This document shows positions 6,927-13,356 of a stretch of 13,356 bases of DNA, piece by piece. Numbering within the stretch: position 1 is the first letter of the stretch; every line of letters begins with the position of its first letter. The stretch is from Coleofasciculus chthonoplastes F2-STO-03 (GTDB taxonomy: Bacteria > Cyanobacteriota > Cyanobacteriia > Cyanobacteriales > Coleofasciculaceae). The stretch covers positions 1-13,356 of the forward strand of contig JAVJWO010000075.1 of assembly GCA_040222015.1 (NCBI GenBank), written 5' to 3'. The notes under the pieces were generated by a model. The model saw only the letters and a program-made list of their open reading frames with translations. It did no database searches and was not told the DNA's origin. The translations under genes and the position numbers were made by a program.

Positions 6927-9293
6927 GTGGACAATCTCTACTGGCTGGATCAGATTAAACCGTCACAACGTTCCCTGGTGGGAGAGAAAGCCTTTGGCTT
7001 AAGTCAACTTGGGCAACAAAGTTATCCAGCTATTCCCGGCTTTGTGATTCCAGCGATCGCGTTTTGGCAAGTCATCGCTGATTTAAGTCAATCTGAACCG
7101 TTGTTAGCCGATTTACCGCAGTCCTCGTTGTACGTGAATGTTGATAATCCCCGTCAGTTGCAACAGGTTGCTCAACATATTCGCCAAGTGATTACCTCTG
7201 CCACTGTACCAGAAGGTTGGCGATCGCATATTCTGGAGGCAGGGTCAACTCTAGACGCCCCCGCCCTGATTTTACAACCATCTCTATCACTTCCTGAGGT
7301 GCGATCGCTCCTGCCGATGTCTACTCATCCGGTTAACCGCGAGGATTGGGCAGAATCTATGCCGATTCCAGAACTTTTGGCATCTCATTATTGCCGTAAA
7401 CAGCCGGATGCTCTGATCCAGACTTTAAAGCAGGTGTGGGCAGAACTGTTTCGAGCCAAAAGCTTATTTTACTGGCAACGGGTTGGCATGGGACTAGATC
7501 AGATTAATTTAGCGGTTCTGGTACAACCGATCTATGATACTTTAGCCTCTGGCGTTCTTCAGGCGACATCTGATTTCTGTCAGATCCAAGCCACCTGGGG
7601 ACTAGGGATAGCGATTACTCAGGGTAAAGTCTTACCGGATACCTATCAAATCGCGATTCCCACCGATCAACTTTTGCGAAGTCAACCAGGAAACAAAACC
7701 CTCGCCTATCGGCTGAACCCGGAACCGACAGGAAATGCCGTGCAAGCTTATCCCCTCAATCAAGGAGAACAGCAGCAGTCTGTTTTGGACGATAACGCTT
7801 GGCAACAGATTATGGCGTTATCCAGAAAACTGCAAACCCAATTCAATCCCCCCTTTTCTTTTGACTGGACTCTTTGTAAAATTCCCAACACGACAGAACC
7901 TCAGCTATACGTGACTCAATTTCGCCCTCAGTCTGCTTCTTCTGCTGAATCATTCCCATCCCCACCTCAGTTACTGCGAGGATTATCGGCGGCGTCTGGA
8001 CAAGTAACAGCCGTGGCGCAAGTGATGGTTGGGGAGGAGCAAAATTGGCAGGCTATCCCCCCAGATCGGATTTTAGTGACTCAAACGATTGCTCCCGATT
8101 GGTTACCTATATTAAGACAAGCCGCAGGGGTGGTGACGGAACAGGGGGGAATGACTTCTCATGCGGCAATTGTGGCGAGGGAATTGGGGATTCCGGCGGT
8201 GGTTAATGTCCCTGGGATTACCCAATTGGTACAAACGGGGGAGGTACTGTTGGTGGATGGCGATCGCGGCGAAATTCAACGTTTAGCCCGGGATGGAGAA
8301 GCCGTAGATGTCGCTATTGAGCAGCGGAAAACCCTTGCCGATGCCCCATCACAGAGGCAGTATAACCGATTTCCGATCGCGACTCAATTGTTGGTGAATC
8401 TCAGCCAAACCCAATCTCTGGAACGAATTCAGGATTTACCCATTGATGGGATTGGCTTATTGCGATCGGAATTGATGATTTTGGATGTATTGGATAATCA
8501 ACCCCCCCAGGAATGGTTGCGACAGGGGCGGAAACAGGAGTTAATCACCCGGCTTGCCCAATTGATCATGCAGTTTGCGGCGGCGTTGATGCCACGACCT
8601 GTATTTTATCGTTCCCTGGATTGGGGTGAAGCGGAATTGATCCATGGGGATACGTCGAATGTGAACGGTTCAACCTTATCGGTGGTGAATGCGATGTTGG
8701 GGCGGCGGGGGACTTATCGCTATTTACATGATCCGACGAGTTTTGATTTGGAACTGGCGGCGTTACATCAACTTTATGCTCAGGGGTATAGTAATGTTCA
8801 GTTAATGTTGCCGTTTGTGCGGACTGTTGAAGAGTTTGCCTTTTGTCGCCGTCGGGTGGAACAAGCGGGATTAATGGATAATCCTCAGTTTCAACTTTGG
8901 ATTATGGCAGAAGTGCCATCGATACTGTTTTTACTGCCGGATTATGTGAAAGCGGGGGTGCAGGGAATCTCGATTGGTACGAATGATCTGACGCAATTGT
9001 TATTAGCCGCCGATCGCAATTTGGGGGAGTTAGGTTCAACTTTAGATGGGCGCCATCCCGCCGTCATGGGCGCGATTAAGCAATTGATCGATATGGCAAA
9101 GGGGGCGGGGATTCCTTGTGCAATATGTGGTCAAGCCCCAGCCCAGTATCCGGAAGTAGTAGAATCCTTGGTGAAATGGGGGATTCAATCGATTTCTGTA
9201 GATGTCAGTGATGTGGAATCGACTTATCATGCGATCGCTCGCGCAGAACAACGGTTACTTTTAGATGCTGCACGGCGCTCATTAGAAGGGTGA
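6927..9293 (+). CDS. PEP synthase/PPDK-like PEP-utilising protein (degenerate nucleotide-binding domain, phospho-His swivel domain, PEP-binding barrel)
   Basis: GGMTSHAAIVARELGIPAVV, GIGLLRSE, MLGRRG, IMAEVPS, SIGTNDLTQ and ICGQ. The probable start is GTG 6927 (VDNLYWL), because the longer ORF overlaps sufE and a REP. Confidence 0.85.
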   Translation: MDNLYWLDQIKPSQRSLVGEKAFGLSQLGQQSYPAIPGFVIPAIAFWQVIADLSQSEPLLADLPQSSLYVNVDNPRQLQQVAQHIRQVITSATVPEGWRSHILEAGSTLDAPALILQPSLSLPEVRSLLPMSTHPVNREDWAESMPIPELLASHYCRKQPDALIQTLKQVWAELFRAKSLFYWQRVGMGLDQINLAVLVQPIYDTLASGVLQATSDFCQIQATWGLGIAITQGKVLPDTYQIAIPTDQLLRSQPGNKTLAYRLNPEPTGNAVQAYPLNQGEQQQSVLDDNAWQQIMALSRKLQTQFNPPFSFDWTLCKIPNTTEPQLYVTQFRPQSASSAESFPSPPQLLRGLSAASGQVTAVAQVMVGEEQNWQAIPPDRILVTQTIAPDWLPILRQAAGVVTEQGGMTSHAAIVARELGIPAVVNVPGITQLVQTGEVLLVDGDRGEIQRLARDGEAVDVAIEQRKTLADAPSQRQYNRFPIATQLLVNLSQTQSLERIQDLPIDGIGLLRSELMILDVLDNQPPQEWLRQGRKQELITRLAQLIMQFAAALMPRPVFYRSLDWGEAELIHGDTSNVNGSTLSVVNAMLGRRGTYRYLHDPTSFDLELAALHQLYAQGYSNVQLMLPFVRTVEEFAFCRRRVEQAGLMDNPQFQLWIMAEVPSILFLLPDYVKAGVQGISIGTNDLTQLLLAADRNLGELGSTLDGRHPAVMGAIKQLIDMAKGAGIPCAICGQAPAQYPEVVESLVKWGIQSISVDVSDVESTYHAIARAEQRLLLDAARRSLEG

Positions 9294-9312
9294 GAATTCA
9301 ATTGGATAGGAT

Positions 9313-11028
9313 ATGAGATGGTTATTTTCCAGATTCAATGATCAACAGGAACCCATTCCCTCGGTTCACCCAGGTTGGTTGTTAGCCTGGGGGAAATTTT
9401 GCGCTGAACCCCCCGATTGTACGTTTTTGATTCCCAACCAGTTAGCGGTAACTCAGATTCAACCCGCTTTTAGTCCTCAAGGAGATTATGGGGTGGTGGG
9501 GGATATTTGGTTAAGTAATTCTGCCAGATTATTGCAACAGGTGGGAATTGAACCTGGGGATTGGCGGGGAACCGATCAAGCGTTGGTGGCGCTGCTGTGG
9601 GAACGCTGGGGACAAGATTGTTTAGAGTACCTGGAAGGGGTATTTGGACTAGCGATTTGGCATCAACCGAGTCAGAAGTTGTGGTTGGTGCGCGATCGCG
9701 TCGGCGGTCGGACGTTATATTATACGACTGTGGGTTCCTCTTGCTGGATTGCGCCTCGGTTGAGAACCCTGCGCCCCCACCATTCAGCCGACTTGGATTT
9801 AGTTGCGTTGCGGGATTATTTATGTTGTGCTTTTGTCCCTGGAGAACGCACGCTTTGGCAACAGGTGCGGGAATTGCGCCCAGGTACGGTGTTGCAGTTA
9901 CCTGATGGACAACCAGAACCTTACTGGCAACCACAAGAGCAAATTACCCATCCTCAGCAAAGTTTATCATGGCATTCTCAGCAGTTGCGATCGCGCCTCG
10001 ATCAGGTGGTTCAAGAGTACTTACCCATCAATGAACCGGTGGGGGTTTATTTATCGGGGGGATTGGATTCCAGTTGCATCACCGCACTCGCGGCTAAGTT
10101 TCATTCCCATCCAGTTCATACCTACTCGATTCATTTTGGCGCAGATTGTCCCAATGAATTAGAATTTTCCAATTTAGTTGCCCACCATTGCCACACGCAA
10201 CACCATATCTTAGAAATTACCCCAGAACAGATGTGGCAGCAATTACCGATAACCATGGCACAGTTGGATGATCCGATTGGTGATCCGTTAACAGTTCCCA
10301 ATTATTTGTTAGCGCAACTGGCAAAGGAAACGGTTAAAGTTATTCTCAATGGTGAAGGAGGAGATCCCTGTTTTGGTGGACCGAAAAATCAGCCAATGTT
10401 ACTCAAGCAGTTATATGGTTCTCCGGAAAATAATCCTAATTTAGTAGCGGCTTATTTGAACTCCTTTAAAAAATGCGCTCCAGATTTGCCGAGGTTGTTT
10501 CAAGCTGAAATATGGGACGCCGTTAACTCTGTGCCATCTGTCTTTGAGACGGATCTGTTTTCCTCGGCGCAATATTTGAATCGGTTAATGGGACTGAATA
10601 TTAAATTTAAAGGCGCGGATCATATTTTAACCAAAGTGAATAATCTGACTCGTGCCGCTGGATTAGATGGGCGTTCTCCCTTATTTGACCAGCGAATTGT
10701 GCAAATGGCAATGGAAATTCCGCCGGACTATAAACTCGCAGGTAATCAGGAGAAAGCCGTTCTCAAGCAAGCGGTTGCGGATATCTTACCTAGGGAAATT
10801 ATTCAGCGTCCCAAAAGCGGGATGATGGTGCCAGTGCAGTTTTGGTTTCGTTATTATTGGCAACGGCAAACTAAGGCATTGTTGTTGTCGAAAAAATCTG
10901 CAATATCGCCGTATTTGAATAAGTCATTAATTCGCGATTGGATTGAGTATCGTGGAGATACCTGGATGCGGTATGGAGTTAAACTTTGGTTACTTGTAAG
11001 TTTGGAATATTGGCTTAAGGGTAATTGA
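9313..11028 (+). CDS. Asparagine synthetase B-like ATP pyrophosphatase / amide ligase
   Basis: LEGVFGLAIW, LVRDRVG, YLSGGLDSS (PP-loop), GEGGD, RSPLFD, EKAVLK and RPKSG. It lies 19 bp after the upstream stop codon, so an operon is likely. Confidence 0.85.
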   Translation: MRWLFSRFNDQQEPIPSVHPGWLLAWGKFCAEPPDCTFLIPNQLAVTQIQPAFSPQGDYGVVGDIWLSNSARLLQQVGIEPGDWRGTDQALVALLWERWGQDCLEYLEGVFGLAIWHQPSQKLWLVRDRVGGRTLYYTTVGSSCWIAPRLRTLRPHHSADLDLVALRDYLCCAFVPGERTLWQQVRELRPGTVLQLPDGQPEPYWQPQEQITHPQQSLSWHSQQLRSRLDQVVQEYLPINEPVGVYLSGGLDSSCITALAAKFHSHPVHTYSIHFGADCPNELEFSNLVAHHCHTQHHILEITPEQMWQQLPITMAQLDDPIGDPLTVPNYLLAQLAKETVKVILNGEGGDPCFGGPKNQPMLLKQLYGSPENNPNLVAAYLNSFKKCAPDLPRLFQAEIWDAVNSVPSVFETDLFSSAQYLNRLMGLNIKFKGADHILTKVNNLTRAAGLDGRSPLFDQRIVQMAMEIPPDYKLAGNQEKAVLKQAVADILPREIIQRPKSGMMVPVQFWFRYYWQRQTKALLLSKKSAISPYLNKSLIRDWIEYRGDTWMRYGVKLWLLVSLEYWLKGN

Positions 11029-11430
11029 ATAGATTAGGAACAGGGAACAGGGAGAGGTTTTTCCATTTCTATTTCCTGTCCTCCACCCTGGAACTAGCGC
11101 CTGGGTGCAAATCTGATCGTCGCCTAATCCTAAACAGCCATCAGACCAGGTTTGGCGGGCGACGTTGAGGATTTTTAGCTGGGATGTATTCAGGTTGTGG
11201 CGACGGCTGATATCATCAAGGACAGCATTAGCGATCGCGTCAGGTAAAGATTCAACGGTATCCGCTTCTACCGAGGGGGTTTGGGCAAGTTCCATCCCCT
11301 GAATTACCTCCAGAGGAGATGTTGGTATAGGATTAGCTAGGGAAGGAGTGGCTGTTGCGATCGCGAATCCAGCAACGGCGATGATTATCCTACCGCCTGA
11401 CGCAAATAATGGTTGACTCATAAATCTCAT
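10990..11430 (-). pseudogene. Secreted cyanobacterial hypothetical protein, apparently C-terminally truncated
   Basis: Signal-peptide-like N-terminus (IIIAVAGFAIATATPSLA) and the motif TWSDGCLGL...CTQALVPGWR. After about 11080 the frame reads through GGGAACA repeats and overlaps the asnB-like 3' end. Confidence 0.55.
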
Positions 11431-11502
11431 ACCAAACACAAACAAAAGGAACCTAAAGACAGAACTGATGGGGAAACTGTTCCCATTTATTCAAACGTGG
11501 CG

Positions 11503-11566
11503 ATTCTCAATAAACAGGAATCTAGGCAAAAACTATTCTCAATAAACAGGAATCTAGGCAAAAACT
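11503..11566. repeat. Perfect 32-bp tandem duplication in a divergent promoter region
   Basis: ATTCTCAATAAACAGGAATCTAGGCAAAAACT at 11503-11534 and 11535-11566. Confidence 0.95.
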
Positions 11567-11631
11567 TCGCATAATCTGGCTCAATCCCGGTATCATAGAA
11601 CAAAACACTTAAACAATCTTCATAAAGCGCC

Positions 11632-12540
11632 GTGATTACCCAACCGCGAATCCAGAACAACCCCTTAGAAAAGCAGGTTTGGACTTGGCAAGGTCACTCA
11701 ATTCAATACACCGTCCAGGGAACCGGTCAACCCTTGGTATTGATTCACGGCTTTGGTGCATCCATTGGACATTGGCGCAAGAATATCCCGGTGTTAGCGG
11801 ATGCAGGATATCGGGTGTTTGCGATTGATCTGTTAGGATTCGGCGGATCAGATAAACCCGCCTTAGACTACAGCTTAGAGGTATGGCAGGAACAGATCAA
11901 AGACTTCTGGGACGCCCATATTAACGAACCAACGGTATTTATTGGCAACTCGATTGGGGCGTTATTGAGTTTAATGGTAGTTACCCAAGACCCAGATATC
12001 GCCGTTGGTGGTATTTTAATTAACTGTGCAGGGGGACTAAATCACCGTCCCGATGAGTTAAATTTACCCTTGCGGCTAGTAATGGGAACCTTTACCAAAT
12101 TGGTCAGTTCTAAAACCGTTGGTCCATTTTTATTTAACCGAATTCGCCAAAAAAACCGCATTCGCAACACCCTGCGTCAGGTTTACTGTGACCCCCAAGC
12201 GATTACAGAAGAATTAGTCGATTTACTCTACCAGCCCTCCTGTGATCCGGGTGCACAACAGGTGTTTGCATCCGTCTTAACAGGTCCGGCAGGTCCTGCG
12301 CCTAGGGAATTATTACCCAAATTAAACCGTCCTCTATTAGTTCTTTGGGGCGAAAATGACCCTTGGACACCAATTAATGGGGCGGCGATTTACCAGCAGC
12401 AGCGCCAGATGGAGAAGGATGTCGAGTTTTTTGCCATCCCCCAGGCGGGTCATTGTCCTCACGATGAGAAACCAGACAGGGTTAATTCCTTAATTCTCGA
12501 TTGGCTGAGTCAGCAATATAGCGGAACTAATCGCCCCTGA
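11632..12540 (+). CDS. Alpha/beta-fold hydrolase (pheophytinase-like family)
   Basis: LIHGFGAS, DLLGFGGS, GNSIG nucleophile elbow, WGENDPW and AGHCPHDE. Confidence 0.9.
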   Translation: MITQPRIQNNPLEKQVWTWQGHSIQYTVQGTGQPLVLIHGFGASIGHWRKNIPVLADAGYRVFAIDLLGFGGSDKPALDYSLEVWQEQIKDFWDAHINEPTVFIGNSIGALLSLMVVTQDPDIAVGGILINCAGGLNHRPDELNLPLRLVMGTFTKLVSSKTVGPFLFNRIRQKNRIRNTLRQVYCDPQAITEELVDLLYQPSCDPGAQQVFASVLTGPAGPAPRELLPKLNRPLLVLWGENDPWTPINGAAIYQQQRQMEKDVEFFAIPQAGHCPHDEKPDRVNSLILDWLSQQYSGTNRP

Positions 12541-12559
12541 GCCAATGTTGTGTTAGATA

Positions 12560-13356
12560 TTACCAATACCCGACAGGGGGCGACCCGGTAACATTAAGGG
12601 TTGGGTGATGTTAATTGAATGAGGCGGTTCACCCCTACGAGAACACCAAAGGTTTCGGGCTTAGCGTCGTGATTGTCAGGATGATTGGGATTATCACAGT
12701 TGTAGGGGCGAGTCGCTGCATCAATTTTCGGTGTGAGAATTAACCTATATCGACTCGCCCTTTTCTCAATTCGGTGTCAGATTATCGATACCCGACAGGG
12801 GGCGACCCGATACCATTAAGGGTTGGGTGGTGTTAATTGAATCCGGCTATTGCCCCTACCATTGTTGTTGTGTACCCGGTGTTAGATAATTCCCCATACC
12901 TGACGGCGGGCGACCCGATAAAATTAAAGGTTAGGTGGTGTTAATTGAATGCGGCGGGTCGCCCCTACCATTGTTTTTATGGATGCGATGTCCGATAATT
13001 CCCCATACCTGACGGAGGGCGACCCGATAAAATTAAAGGTTGGGTGATGTTGATTGAATGCGGCAGGTCGCCCCTACCATTGTTTTTATGGATGTGATGT
13101 CCGATAATTCCCCATACCTGACGGAGGGCGACCCGATAAAATTAAAGGTTAGGTGGTGTTAATTGAATCCGGCGGGTCGCCCCTACCAGGGTTTCAATGT
13201 ATCTGATTCCTGATTCTTCCCCATATCTTATACCGGGCAACCCAATAAAATAAAGGTTGGGTAATGTTAATTGAATGAGGCTATTCGCCCCTACGAAAAC
13301 ACCAAAGGTTTCGGGCTTAGCGTCGTGATTGTCAGGATAATTGGGATAATTGGGAT
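12560..13356. repeat. Array of long-loop GTAG-REP units (BIME/REPIN-like), truncated by the window edge
   Basis: About 60-bp cores GGGCGACCCG-N37-CGGGTCGCCC-CTAC at 12578, 12800, 12908, 13017, 13126 and 13235 (period 108-109 for the last five), plus an inverted variant at 12702-12760. Confidence 0.9.

Larger units (their letters stand above)
811..11364. repeat. Dispersed HIP1 octamers (GCGATCGC)
   Basis: Perfect copies starting at 811, 2303, 2951, 4906, 4938, 5469, 7053, 7220, 7301, 8260, 9231, 9692, 9987, 11231 and 11357. This is a hallmark of cyanobacterial DNA. Confidence 0.9.

Noticed and set aside
166..10162. Remaining short ORFs in the track (166-354, 759-1019, 1830-2036, 2097-2279, 3669-3923, 5307-5507, 6451-6651, 6473-6673, 9042-9251, 9470-9934, 9561-9905, 9803-10162)
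   Set aside because: Shadow or alternate-frame ORFs overlapping well-supported genes, with no recognisable motifs.
9313..11445. Lasso peptide gene cluster
   Set aside because: No transglutaminase-like peptidase, PqqD/RRE protein or precursor peptide could be recognised near the AsnB-like gene.
12578..13294. CRISPR array
   Set aside because: Cores are about 60 bp and variable, the linkers resemble one another rather than being unique spacers, one unit is inverted, and no cas genes are in the window.
13140..13356. Open minus-strand frame entering from the right edge (PNYPNYPDNHDAKPETFGVFVGANS...)
   Set aside because: It consists entirely of repeat sequence, with no HUH or other motif visible. 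It cannot be called without the adjacent sequence.

Overview
Chromosomal window from a cyanobacterium (15 HIP1 GCGATCGC octamers by manual count). The GTAG-type palindromic repeats suggest a filamentous Oscillatoriales/Coleofasciculus-like host, which is an inference. Coding content is mostly housekeeping or conserved: cobM, lgt, DUF427, an orphan kaiB beside a kaiC remnant, rlmN, a GXWXG/DUF4334 protein, sufE, a PEP-synthase-like protein, an AsnB-like amide ligase lacking the N-terminal Cys, a truncated secreted protein and an alpha/beta hydrolase. The intergenic DNA is more interesting. (1) A 3 x 104-bp tandem array lies just upstream of cobM, and each unit looks like a complete sRNA gene: TCCGGA (DIF1-like) at about -35, a GGTAGATGCACCCTG 5' end resembling NsiR1, and an intrinsic terminator. 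It is an NsiR1-like multicopy sRNA locus with no hetF in the window. (2) A higher-order array of about 109-bp GTAG-REP units runs off the right edge. (3) There are also orphan IS200/IS605 end-like hairpins, a MITE and several small repeats.
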